From NCBI GenBank assembly GCA_038245295.1, contig JBBRSP010000002.1, positions 32,001 through 96,000 of the forward strand: DNA of 64,000 nt, in the 5' to 3' direction. The stretch comes from Candidatus Binatia bacterium (GTDB taxonomy: Bacteria > Desulfobacterota > Binatia > HRBIN30). A program made the translations under genes and the position numbers. Shown here piece after piece: positions 33,494 through 42,800 of this stretch. Positions within the stretch are counted from its first letter, which is position 1. Every line of letters starts with the position of its first letter. Under the pieces are notes generated by a model that saw only the letters and a program-made list of their open reading frames with translations, was not told the DNA's origin and searched no databases.

Positions 33494-33910
33494 TTAGAGC
33501 ATCTCACCTGGGCCTTCCGTCAGGATCAGCCGCGAGTCGGCAAGCGCCGCGGTGCGGTGTGGTGCGGCAGCCAGATAGTCCGGTCGCTGCACCATCTGCA
33601 CGAAGGCCGCACGCGACGGGTACTGCACGAGCACGGCTTCATCCCACGTCTCCCCTTCCGGGGCGATTACCGACAGCTTTGCATTGGCCATCCAGAGGAT
33701 CTTCCCGCCTGCCTCGACCACCTTGACCACCGCTACGGCGCCGTAACGCTGGTAGGCTTCACGCCCGCTGCATGGCGTTGCCTCGAAACCTGCGGGATAG
33801 TCGGCGTGGGCGTGGAAGCGTAGCAGGTTGATCATGACGATCGGGCCCGGAACGGCGATGTCCTGCAGGAGTTGTTGCATCTGTGAGGCACTTGGCTCGA
33901 TGGACGGCAT
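33494..33910 (-). CDS. DUF1330 domain protein
   Basis: GPIVMINLLRF...SGREAYQRY...WDEAVLVQYPSRAAF...HRTAALADSRL. Confidence 0.88.
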   Translation of the reverse strand: MPSIEPSASQMQQLLQDIAVPGPIVMINLLRFHAHADYPAGFEATPCSGREAYQRYGAVAVVKVVEAGGKILWMANAKLSVIAPEGETWDEAVLVQYPSRAAFVQMVQRPDYLAAAPHRTAALADSRLILTEGPGEML

Positions 33911-34013
33911 GACGTGATCTCCTTGTCGTGAGCTTGTAGCCCGGAGCGCATCGCCCCGCGACGCCCGACTGCGGAATCCAGCGCCACAGCGGATCCGGAT
34001 CCCGCACACACGC

Positions 34014-34090
34014 CGCAAGCTAAAGCTTGCGCCTACCGATCCCCATCCAGGTGAGATTTGTGTGACGGTAGGCGCAGCCTTCAGGCTGCG
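34014..34090. repeat. GTAG-type REP doublet
   Basis: CGCAAGCTAAAGCTTGCGCCTACC and GGTAGGCGCAGCCTTCAGGCTGCG, 29-nt spacer; same architecture as 1090-1167. Confidence 0.8.
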
Positions 34091-34133
34091 ATGGCAGATG
34101 CAAGTCGCAGGTCGTTTTGATACCGAGGCGGGT

Positions 34134-35363
34134 GTGACACCCACCGATTCGACGCTGCCCCGGCTCTTGCCGGCCCGACACCTGGCGCAAGTGCGTTATG
34201 AAATCCGCGGTCCGCTGGCGCGCCGGGCGCAGGAGCTCGAGCGTAAGGGCTACGAAGTCCTCAAGCTGAACATCGGCAATCCTGCCGCTTTCGGTTTCCG
34301 CGCACCCGAGACTCTGCGCTTGGCCTTGCTGGAGAACCTGCCGCAAGCCGAGGGCTACTGTCATCAAAAGGGCATCTTCCCGGCGCGCGAAGCGGTGGTC
34401 ATGGACACGCAGACGCGTGGCATCGTCGGAGTCAGCGCCGAAGATGTTTTCATGGGCAACGGCGTTTCCGAGTTGATCCTCATGACCATGGAGGCGTTGC
34501 TCGAGCCCGGCGATGAAGTGCTCCTGCCGGCGCCCGACTATCCATTGTGGACCGCGGCCGTCGTGCTCGCCGGCGGCAAGCCGGTCTACTACCAGTGCCG
34601 CCCTGAGGCGAAGTTCATCCCCGACCCCGACGAGGTGGCGCGGCTCGTAAGCCCGCGCACCAAGGCGCTCGTGCTCGTCAATCCGAACAACCCCACCGGC
34701 GCCGTCTACCCACGCGACGTCGTCACAGGGCTGGTGCGCCTGGCCGAGGCCAACAGGATCGCCCTCTTCTCGGATGAGATCTACGATCGCGTCCTCTACG
34801 GCAACGTCGAGCACGTCTCGGCAGCGACAATCTGCGAGCAAACCCTGTGCGCGACTTTCGGTGGACTCTCGAAGGTCTACCGCGCCTGCGGCTTCCGCAC
34901 CGGTTGGGTGTACTTCAGCGGCCGCCGCGAGCACGCCACCGAATACTTAAACTGTCTCGAGATGCTTGCGTCGCTCCGCCTCTGCGCCAGTGTTCCCGGG
35001 CAGTGGGCGGTACAGACGGCGCTGGGCGGTGTGCAGAGCATCTACGATCTCACGGCACCGACCGGACGACTCGGGCGCCAGCGGCAAGCGGTCATCGATG
35101 CCGTGGCAGCCTCGAAGTATCTCTGTCTGACGCCACCGAACGGGGCGCTCTACGCGTTCGTCCAGGCGCGGCGCGATGTCGTGCCGAAGTTTAATGACAA
35201 CGCCTTCGCCATGGCACTACTCGAAGAGAAACATGTCCTTGTCGTCCCCGGCTCGTCGTTCAACGTCGACTACACCGACCACTTCCGCGTCACGTTCCTC
35301 CCCGACGAAGCGACGATTCAAACCGTCTTCCAACGCATCGAGGCGTTGTTGTCTGAGATGTAA
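34134..35363 (+). CDS. alaA: Alanine transaminase AlaA-like class I/II aminotransferase
   Basis: VRYEIRGP, KLNIGNPA, GNGVSELI, PDYPLWTA, NPNNPTG, DEIYD, GLSKVYRACGFRTGW. Start approximate. Confidence 0.9.
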   Translation: MTPTDSTLPRLLPARHLAQVRYEIRGPLARRAQELERKGYEVLKLNIGNPAAFGFRAPETLRLALLENLPQAEGYCHQKGIFPAREAVVMDTQTRGIVGVSAEDVFMGNGVSELILMTMEALLEPGDEVLLPAPDYPLWTAAVVLAGGKPVYYQCRPEAKFIPDPDEVARLVSPRTKALVLVNPNNPTGAVYPRDVVTGLVRLAEANRIALFSDEIYDRVLYGNVEHVSAATICEQTLCATFGGLSKVYRACGFRTGWVYFSGRREHATEYLNCLEMLASLRLCASVPGQWAVQTALGGVQSIYDLTAPTGRLGRQRQAVIDAVAASKYLCLTPPNGALYAFVQARRDVVPKFNDNAFAMALLEEKHVLVVPGSSFNVDYTDHFRVTFLPDEATIQTVFQRIEALLSEM

Positions 35364-35418
35364 GGTCTCTCCCCCGCCTTCGCCCGCGCCCCTGCCCACG
35401 CCCGCGCGGACAGGTCGA

Positions 35419-36525
35419 TCAGAAGCGCCGCGGTGAAAAGTAGTCGAGCTCCGGCAGCGTCTCGCCCAGTACGGCGGTGGCGCCAAGGCGGCCGACGGCC
35501 GGGCTGGTCGTCATGCCATGCCCGCCAAGCGCCGCCACCCAGATCAATCCTTCCAGTTGCGGATCGGCGCCAATGACGAAACGCTCGTCAGGCGCGAAGG
35601 TCCGCAGGCAAGCCCAGGCGCGGTTGATGCGCGCCGCGGCGAGTGGCGGAAAGGCGCGGCGTAGTTTGTCACGCAGCAATGCTTCGCCGTCGGGCGTGGC
35701 TTGTGGGTCTTCGGCCGCGTGTGGTGTGACGTCGCACGGGCTCATGAGCAAACCACCGGCTTCCGGACGGAAGTAGACATCGATCTCGTTGTGCCAGACG
35801 AACGGTGCCTGCGGATCGAGCGCCACGTCGTTGGCGGTGTGGAACATGTGACGCTTGCGCCGCGTCAGTGCGAACGTGTCGATCCCGGCAAGTCTTCCAA
35901 GCTCGCCGGCCCAGGCGCCGCCGGCGTTGACGACACAGGATGCTTCGATCATGCCTTCGGCCGTTTCCACCGCCGTAACACGGCCGCCACGACAGCGGAT
36001 CCCGGTCACGGCGCGCGTGTACCTCACCTCAACACCGCCACCTTCGGCGCCGCGCAGGTAACCCGCGATGAGTGCCTGGATGTCAACCACGCCGTCGCTC
36101 GGATTCCAGAACGCATGCTCGAAGTTGACCTGGCCGAGCACCGGCACACGACGCGTCGCTTCCTTTGGATCGAGCAGTTCACAGGGCAGTCCGAGATCGC
36201 GCGCCATGGTTCTTGACTTGTGCAGCGCCTCCAGACCGGTTGCTCCGGCAATCAGCAAAGAGCCCGTGCGACGCAACAGCGCGTGGTCGGCAAAGCCATC
36301 GGGTGGCTCTTCGATGAAACGTGCTCCTTCGAGTGCCAGTCGTGCTTCGTACGGATCGGACAAAACCTGGAAGGTCAGCGACGCGTTGCGCCCCGAGGCA
36401 TGGAACGCCGGGATCGCTTCGCGCTCGAGCAGCAAGACGCGGCGTACACCGCGTTGGGCCAGGTGGTAGGCGGTGGAGGCGCCGGCGAATCCGGCACCGA
36501 TGATGACGACGTCGGCGCTGCGCAT
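35419..36525 (-). CDS. FAD-dependent oxidoreductase (DAO/sarcosine oxidase family)
   Basis: VVIIGAGFAG, ASGRNA, VVNAGGAWA, RTFAPD, LGGHGMTTSPAVG. Confidence 0.92.
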   Translation of the reverse strand: MRSADVVIIGAGFAGASTAYHLAQRGVRRVLLLEREAIPAFHASGRNASLTFQVLSDPYEARLALEGARFIEEPPDGFADHALLRRTGSLLIAGATGLEALHKSRTMARDLGLPCELLDPKEATRRVPVLGQVNFEHAFWNPSDGVVDIQALIAGYLRGAEGGGVEVRYTRAVTGIRCRGGRVTAVETAEGMIEASCVVNAGGAWAGELGRLAGIDTFALTRRKRHMFHTANDVALDPQAPFVWHNEIDVYFRPEAGGLLMSPCDVTPHAAEDPQATPDGEALLRDKLRRAFPPLAAARINRAWACLRTFAPDERFVIGADPQLEGLIWVAALGGHGMTTSPAVGRLGATAVLGETLPELDYFSPRRF

Positions 36526-36617
36526 GGCACTGAACCTCCTAGCAGACCGTCTTCAGTTCCGCCCCGCTTTGGGCTACGGCTCGTCGACATTTCGGAGCGG
36601 CAGCGAAGGGAGAACGA

Positions 36618-37412
36618 ATGGCGCGCGAGACGATTACCGAGGAACTTTCGCAGGGAGTGTTGCTGCTGACGTTGAATCGTCCGGAGCGCAAGAACGCGTT
36701 CAATCATCGCATGTGGTGTGAGACCCGCGATGCATTCGCCGAGGCGCAGGCCAACGATGCCGTGCGTTGTGTTGTCGTCACCGGTGCCGGCGGCGCGTTC
36801 TCCGCCGGGCAGGATCTCTCCGAGATGTCGGGCGGCGGCGATATCCAATCCGCCGAGGAACATGGCTTCGGTACGTTCATGGATCGCCTTTGTCAGTTCG
36901 ACAAGCCGCTCATCGCGGCGGTCAACGGGGTAGGCGTCGGCATCGGCCTGACTCTGCTTCTGCACTGTGAGTACGTCTACATCGCGCGCGACGCGCGTTT
37001 GCGAGCTCCCTTCATCACACTCGGTGTCGTGCCTGAAGCGGCGAGCAGTTACTTGCTGCCGGCGTTGATCGGCTACCGCAACGCCGTCGATGTGTTGTTC
37101 GACTCGGACTTTTTCTCCGCCGAACGCGCCGTCGAGCTCGGCATTGCGACGCGACTGTGCGAGCCCGAGCAAGTTGTCGTCGTCGCCATGGAACGGGCCC
37201 GGCAGTTGGCGGCCAAGCCGCTCGGTTCGCTGCGCTGGACCAAACGCCTGCTGCTGGCAACGCGCCAGGAGCAGGTGGCGGCAGCGCGCCGGCGCGAGGA
37301 CGAAGCGTTTACGCATCGGGTCGGCTCGCCGGAGAATCTCGAAGCGGTGCTGGCTTTTTTTGCCAAGCGCGCACCGGATTTTTCGAACGTGCCCCCCTCG
37401 GACAAAGAATGA
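36618..37412 (+). CDS. Enoyl-CoA hydratase/isomerase family protein
   Basis: LNRPERKNA, FSAGQDL, KPLIAAVNGVGVGIG, LGVVPEAASS. Confidence 0.93.
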   Translation: MARETITEELSQGVLLLTLNRPERKNAFNHRMWCETRDAFAEAQANDAVRCVVVTGAGGAFSAGQDLSEMSGGGDIQSAEEHGFGTFMDRLCQFDKPLIAAVNGVGVGIGLTLLLHCEYVYIARDARLRAPFITLGVVPEAASSYLLPALIGYRNAVDVLFDSDFFSAERAVELGIATRLCEPEQVVVVAMERARQLAAKPLGSLRWTKRLLLATRQEQVAAARRREDEAFTHRVGSPENLEAVLAFFAKRAPDFSNVPPSDKE

Positions 37413-37454
37413 TCGTAGGGGCGGCTCGAATGCTGCGGCGAACGCGGAGGGAAT

Positions 37455-38312
37455 ATGCGGTTGATCACATTCGTGCGAGATGGTGAACGGTACATCGGTG
37501 CGCAGACGAGCAAAGGCATTGTCGACTTTTCGGTTGCCGCGCCATCGCTGCCGCACTCGATGCTCGAATTGTTGAATGCCGGACCGTTGGCGATGAAGAC
37601 GGCGCGCGCCGTGGTGGCGCGGTCGCTCGAAGACGGCGTTGGCTTGATCGCCGCCGATGGCGTGCGGATCGCCGCGCCGCTGCCGCGACCGGGCAAGATC
37701 TTCGGCATCGGCCTCAACTATCGCGAGCATGCGGCGGAGACCGATCGCGAGATGCCGAAGGTGCCGTTGGTGTTTTCGAAAGCGGTGACGGCGGTGATTG
37801 GACCCGACGACGCGATTCGCTTGCCGGCCGTGAGCCAGGAGATCGACTTCGAAGGCGAGCTTGCCGTCGTCATTGGGGCGCGGGCCTCGGGTGTGGCGCG
37901 CGCCAATGCGATGACAAGGGTGCTTGGCTACACGATCATGAACGATGTCACGGCCCGCGATTACCAACGCCAGAGCAGCAACTGTATGGGTAAGTCGTTC
38001 GACACATTCGCTCCCATGGGGCCAGCGATCGTCACACTCGACGAATTCGATGATCCCTACGCGGTCGATCTACGCACGACGGTGACTGGCGAGGAGATGC
38101 AGCACGGTAATAGCCGCGACCTGCTGTTCGACATTCCAACGCTGATCGAATTCATCTCGGGCGGCATCACCCTCGAGCCCGGCGACATCATCAGCACCGG
38201 CACACCGGCCGGCGTCGGTTTCCGGCGCAAGCCGCCGCGTTTCCTGCGCCGCGGCGATACGGTGCGCATCGAAGTCGCGGGGCTCGGCGTGCTGGAGAAT
38301 TCGGTGGCGTAG
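37455..38312 (+). CDS. Fumarylacetoacetate hydrolase family protein
   Basis: GIGLNYREH, DFEGEL, NDVTARD, GKSFDTF, TLEPGDIISTGTPAGVG. Confidence 0.95.
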   Translation: MRLITFVRDGERYIGAQTSKGIVDFSVAAPSLPHSMLELLNAGPLAMKTARAVVARSLEDGVGLIAADGVRIAAPLPRPGKIFGIGLNYREHAAETDREMPKVPLVFSKAVTAVIGPDDAIRLPAVSQEIDFEGELAVVIGARASGVARANAMTRVLGYTIMNDVTARDYQRQSSNCMGKSFDTFAPMGPAIVTLDEFDDPYAVDLRTTVTGEEMQHGNSRDLLFDIPTLIEFISGGITLEPGDIISTGTPAGVGFRRKPPRFLRRGDTVRIEVAGLGVLENSVA

Positions 38313-38335
38313 GTCGGTTCGCGAACCGACCCTAC
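38309..38335. repeat. GTAG REP palindrome carrying both stop codons of convergent genes
   Basis: GTAGGTCGGTTCGCGAACCGACCCTAC; related copy GGGCGTTCGCGAACCGCCCCTAC at ~42668-42690. Confidence 0.65.
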
Positions 38336-39447
38336 CGTTCCCACTCCAACGTCACGTCGTTGTCCGCCGGCGGCACGTCGTTGAAGCCGTTCACAAACGC
38401 GGCGAGGGCCTCGTCGCCGAGCTCCTCGGCGGTGAACTCGAAGCTTTCGTCACCGCGCGCGATCGACGGCCACCACGGGCGCAGCTTCTCGGCGGCGAGC
38501 GCTGCACGGTCGCGACTGAGGTTGAACGGTGGGCCGGAGATCAAGCCGGTGAGGATGCCGACGAACGAGTCTGCCGTCGACTGCAACGAGTATGCTTGCA
38601 GGTCTGGTTGCGACGGGATCGAGCGCAGCAGGTGGCTGCGAATATCGATGGCGCCGGGGCGCGTCGTCATGACACGGAACGCATGCGGATAACCGGCGAG
38701 CGACGCGGTGGCGATGTTGTACAGCCCGTCCTCGAGCTTGATGTCCTGCATGTGCAGGTGGCCGCTCAGCGTCAGCCGCACGTTATATTTTCGCAGCAGG
38801 GCCTTGAGCTGCGGCGAGTTCTCGACGTGAAACCACGAGAACCCCGGATTCACCGACTCGTTTGGGACGTGATCGATGATGCTGTGATGCAACATCAAGA
38901 TCGTTTCGCGCTGCGGATCGCGTTGCGCCGCGAGGTCGTTCTCCAACCAGCTGAGCGTTGCCGGTGAGATGTAACCGCGGTCCTCGTCGGGCTTAGCGGA
39001 GCACAGCGCGATCAGGTGGAGATCCGGCGTTGGATCGCAGCTGTAGGCAGTGCGTTGCGGATCCTTGAAGCCGAAGTCGCCGTAAAGCTGCGGGATCTCA
39101 GGCGTCGTCACGGGGACAACATCGGGATCGAGCATGTTGCGTGGTCGCAATTTGGCCGGCCGCGGTTGATCGTGGTTCCCCGAAACGCAGTACACCGGCT
39201 TGTGGAAGCGCGACAGCAGCTCGCGAGCGCGATCATGGTTGTACGGTTCGGAATCTTTGGTGAGGTCGCCGGCGCACAGGATAAAGTCGATGTCCGGCAG
39301 AGCGTTGATCGTCTCCACGGCCGCTTCGAGCAGTTCAACGCTCTCGGCGTAAAGGGTCGGCTCGGTATCGATCGGCGGCGACGTCCAGCCCGTCTCGGGA
39401 TTGGCGATCGTGATGTGGGGGTCGGAGATGAGTGCGAAAGTTGCCAT
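38332..39447 (-). CDS. Calcineurin-like metallophosphoesterase (CpdA/Icc-like)
   Basis: SDPH, GDLT, GNHD, LHH, GHLH motifs. Confidence 0.92.
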   Translation of the reverse strand: MATFALISDPHITIANPETGWTSPPIDTEPTLYAESVELLEAAVETINALPDIDFILCAGDLTKDSEPYNHDRARELLSRFHKPVYCVSGNHDQPRPAKLRPRNMLDPDVVPVTTPEIPQLYGDFGFKDPQRTAYSCDPTPDLHLIALCSAKPDEDRGYISPATLSWLENDLAAQRDPQRETILMLHHSIIDHVPNESVNPGFSWFHVENSPQLKALLRKYNVRLTLSGHLHMQDIKLEDGLYNIATASLAGYPHAFRVMTTRPGAIDIRSHLLRSIPSQPDLQAYSLQSTADSFVGILTGLISGPPFNLSRDRAALAAEKLRPWWPSIARGDESFEFTAEELGDEALAAFVNGFNDVPPADNDVTLEWER

Positions 39448-39460
39448 GGGGTAAGAACGA

Positions 39461-39491
39461 CGATCCCCCTTCCGCGGGGGAAGGGGGATCG
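39461..39491 (-). terminator. Hairpin downstream of csp gene
   Basis: CGATCCCCCTTCC-GCGGG-GGAAGGGGGATCG, 13-bp stem. Confidence 0.55.
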
Positions 39492-39504
39492 CGGTGCGGA
39501 AGGC

Positions 39505-39705
39505 TTAGGCCTTTTGAACGTTACTAGCTTGCGGGCCTTTGCGGCCTTCGGTGATTTCGAAGCTAACGGCCTGCCCCTGTTCGAGACTCTTGAAGCCGTC
39601 ACCGGCGATTGACGAGAAGTGAACGAACACATCCTCGCCGGTGTCCTGGCGAATGAATCCGAATCCTTTGTCAGGGTTGAACCATTTCACTGTTCCTGTC
39701 GGCAT
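39505..39705 (-). CDS. Cold-shock protein (CspA family)
   Basis: [32 protein letters not shown]; 66 aa. Confidence 0.97.
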   Translation of the reverse strand: MPTGTVKWFNPDKGFGFIRQDTGEDVFVHFSSIAGDGFKSLEQGQAVSFEITEGRKGPQASNVQKA

Positions 39706-39891
39706 GATTGCGCCCTCCTTTCCAGAAAAACTCGTTAGACCGGAGGTGCCGCACTTTCCTGATAGCCCCCGACTGGGCGCGAACGGAGCGAAACGAAAAC
39801 CCTGACCGGCGTAACTGCGCGGCTAATAGCCAGGTGAAATCAGCGTGACAAGCGCCAGCCTGTGCCGCATCGATTCCGCTGAGGCAATCTG

Positions 39892-39974
39892 AGCAGGGTG
39901 TTAGGGTGTTCGGTGTTGGGGTGTCACGGGGCATTCCCGTAACAGCGAACACCTGAACACCCTAACACCCTGCT
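39892..39974. repeat. Long inverted repeat built from ~8-bp GGGTGTTN units
   Basis: AGCAGGGTGTTAGGGTGTTC...GAACACCCTAACACCCTGCT. Confidence 0.75.
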
Positions 39975-39980
39975 GTTCCG

Positions 39981-42392
39981 TTACTCCGCCGTGTTGGTCG
40001 TCGCGACGTAGTTGCGACACGGCATGGCGCGCAGAGCAGGACACGGCGGTAGCGGCGTAGTCACCGCGATGTTCGGCACGATCGGCAAGACGATGCGCGA
40101 CGGTGTCGCGGCAGAGCGACCGATCGAGTTGGTGACCGGACCGTTCGGCTGCAAGATGTCGAACTTCCAAGATGGCCGTGTGTCGCCGGGGGTATCAACC
40201 GTGATGCGGATGCGTGATCCGGCACGGAAGACGTGCGCGAACGGGTAGAGCTCGACGCGTGCTTCGACGAATTGGCCCGCCGGTAGATTCGCCGCATCGA
40301 CCTGGAGGTGGTCGTGGAACGGACGGAAGATCGTCGATTCGGTCTGGTTGACCTTGCGATGACTGGCTCGCAGCCATCCCGCCTGGACAAACGTCTCCTT
40401 GCCGTCGGGACGGATCTCGCTGAGCTGCACTTGTAGATCCGTATCGAGGGCGGTCGACTTGACCCACAAATCGACACTGCCATTGCCGGTCATGACCAGC
40501 GTGTTCGGCAGCGGGTCGGAGGCGTAAGCCACCGCTTTGCCGCTATCGTCCTGCTTCCAATCCCATGGCGGCAGCGCAATCCACGGCAAGCTGCTGTCGC
40601 CATGCAGGGTGGTTTGCTGGCCATGGGTTGGGTCGTACAGGAAGGAATCGGCGCCGCTGCCGTCGCTCGGAGTGTTGCTCGTCAGGCGTCCATTGCTGTT
40701 GAAGTACCAGATGCCCGGCTCGAGGTCGGCGATCGGCCAATTCGAATAACCGTGCTCGAACCCTGGGACCGGGGCACCAGGTTGGCGCGTGTCGCCGGCA
40801 CCGTTGTCGTAAAGCACACGCACGCGTGGCTCGGCTTCGAACTTGGCCAACGCCGATTCGAAGCTCGGCTCGCTGCCAAACCGATCGGGCGGGACGGCAA
40901 CCCGCGTGATGCCGAAGACCTGTTGCGCAATGACGGTCAACGCCACCTTGGCCAGGCCTGGCAGAACCGGAATCTCGCGGCGCACGTAGAACGACAGGAA
41001 CTCGCTCCAGCGCGTGAAGATCTGCGGTCCGAGTGAATCGGTGTGTCCGCCGTTGGTGATGGTGAAGTGCACCTTCTCACCCGTGAAGCGGTCGAGCATA
41101 TTGGGGAAGTATCCGCCGGTCTGCTCGTCCTGCCACGCGCCGGCCAGGAAGACCGGCACGTTGATCTTGTTGACAAACGTCACCGGCGCGATGGGATCGG
41201 CGACGGCCGGAACGTAGAAGTTGTTTTCAGCGATCAGAGTCGGCAGGTCGGGGTTCTGGCCGCGGAAGCGCTGGTTATCGATGCAAACCTGGTCGCCGTT
41301 GTCGCGGCGCTTCTTCGACCACGCCTGCCCGAACGGCCGGGCATCCGCTTGGCGCTCGTCGGCCCAACCCGTGGCGAAGCCGTTGTTGAGGATACCGCCT
41401 GGGTAGAGGGTGCCGCGACCGGTGTCGGAGATGACCGACAGCGGCGCAATCGAAGCAAGGCTTGGCGGTTGCAGTTGCGCGACGAACAGTTGGCTGATGC
41501 CCGGGTAGGAGATGCCGACCATGCCGACCTTGTGAAACTTGGCCCACGGCTGGGCAGCGATGACCTCGACGGCGTCGTATCCGTCGGTGTCTTGTGCCGT
41601 TTCAAAGAACTTGAACGAACCACCCGAGCAGCCGGTGCCGCGCATGTTGATGCCGACAACCGCATACTCGAGGGCGTTGCCGATCAGCGTGCTCGGTTGC
41701 GGCGCATCGGGGTTGGCCGGATCGTAGCCCGAGTACTCGACGAGTGTCGGATACGGGCCGTTCTCAATGGGGCCGGGGAGGATGACATTGATGGCCAGCT
41801 GGGTACCGTCACGCGTGGTGATGTACTGGTAGCCGTTGACCACCTGCTGGTTCGCGTAGAACGACTGCGGCGGCGTCTGGTCGCGCGTCCAAACCGCCGT
41901 CGGGCGGCTCGAACGACGCACACCATTGTTGTCTTCGCTGACCACGTAACCGGTGCCCGGCGGCAGGTCGCGGAAGATGAGCGTGCCCTGATCGTCGGCG
42001 CGTCCCGACTCCAGGACGATACCGCCGCCGTCGGCGACATCGAGCATGAGGCCCGGCTCGGCGCCATCGATGAGCAACTGCTCGACACTGCTCTGAACGT
42101 GGAAGCTGACCGCAGAAGTCGGCGTTGCCGTCGGCTGTGGCGTGTTGGTGTTGGTTGCCGTGGCTGTCGGCACCGGCGAGTTGGTGGCAGTCGCCGGGAC
42201 AGACGTCGCGGTGAAGGTGCGGGTCGCCGTCGGTGGCACCGCGGTGAAGGTCGCGCTGGGGATGGCGGTCGCTGTGGCCGTCGCCGCGGGGGCGGTCGGC
42301 GAATCGTTGCTGTCGCCGCACGCCGAAAGTGCCGCGGCCAGGGCCACGCCCATCGTTAGTTGCAGCCACCGGGTCTGAATCAACCTATGCAT
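39981..42392 (-). CDS. CocE/NonD family serine hydrolase, lipoprotein with Pro/Thr linker
   Basis: Lipobox LSAC; PTAT repeats; TRDGTQL, GPYPTLVEYSGY, MRGTGCSGG, GISYPG; PepX_C-like C-terminus (HVFRAGSRIRI). Confidence 0.9.
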   Translation of the reverse strand: MHRLIQTRWLQLTMGVALAAALSACGDSNDSPTAPAATATATAIPSATFTAVPPTATRTFTATSVPATATNSPVPTATATNTNTPQPTATPTSAVSFHVQSSVEQLLIDGAEPGLMLDVADGGGIVLESGRADDQGTLIFRDLPPGTGYVVSEDNNGVRRSSRPTAVWTRDQTPPQSFYANQQVVNGYQYITTRDGTQLAINVILPGPIENGPYPTLVEYSGYDPANPDAPQPSTLIGNALEYAVVGINMRGTGCSGGSFKFFETAQDTDGYDAVEVIAAQPWAKFHKVGMVGISYPGISQLFVAQLQPPSLASIAPLSVISDTGRGTLYPGGILNNGFATGWADERQADARPFGQAWSKKRRDNGDQVCIDNQRFRGQNPDLPTLIAENNFYVPAVADPIAPVTFVNKINVPVFLAGAWQDEQTGGYFPNMLDRFTGEKVHFTITNGGHTDSLGPQIFTRWSEFLSFYVRREIPVLPGLAKVALTVIAQQVFGITRVAVPPDRFGSEPSFESALAKFEAEPRVRVLYDNGAGDTRQPGAPVPGFEHGYSNWPIADLEPGIWYFNSNGRLTSNTPSDGSGADSFLYDPTHGQQTTLHGDSSLPWIALPPWDWKQDDSGKAVAYASDPLPNTLVMTGNGSVDLWVKSTALDTDLQVQLSEIRPDGKETFVQAGWLRASHRKVNQTESTIFRPFHDHLQVDAANLPAGQFVEARVELYPFAHVFRAGSRIRITVDTPGDTRPSWKFDILQPNGPVTNSIGRSAATPSRIVLPIVPNIAVTTPLPPCPALRAMPCRNYVATTNTAE

Positions 42393-42800
42393 GTGTTCTC
42401 CAAGTCTCCGTCCATCTTTGGCGCACCCTGGCCGCATGGCCGACCGCACGCACTTTTCATGTAAGCGTAATGAATTGGCAGGGTTTACCCGGTTCAGGGC
42501 CATCGTCAATCAATTCGCTACCCAATGGCGCAATCGAAGCGTCAAAGTGATGGATTGGCGGGGTCAGTGGCGGACTGGTTTGACCTGATCGCGGCGTGCA
42601 ACATCTCTAGACAGCAACGCCGCACTCAACGGCATCGTAACAGGTGCAGACGCACCGCCGGTTCGCTGGGCGTTCGCGAACCGCCCCTACACTTCTGCGC
42701 CGCGACAGAAGACCGCGCCGGAGCGACGCACATTTTCATTTGCCCCTAGGGGGTTAGGCGAGTATATTCGCCCGGCTGTACTAGGTGTGGAGGGGTTGTG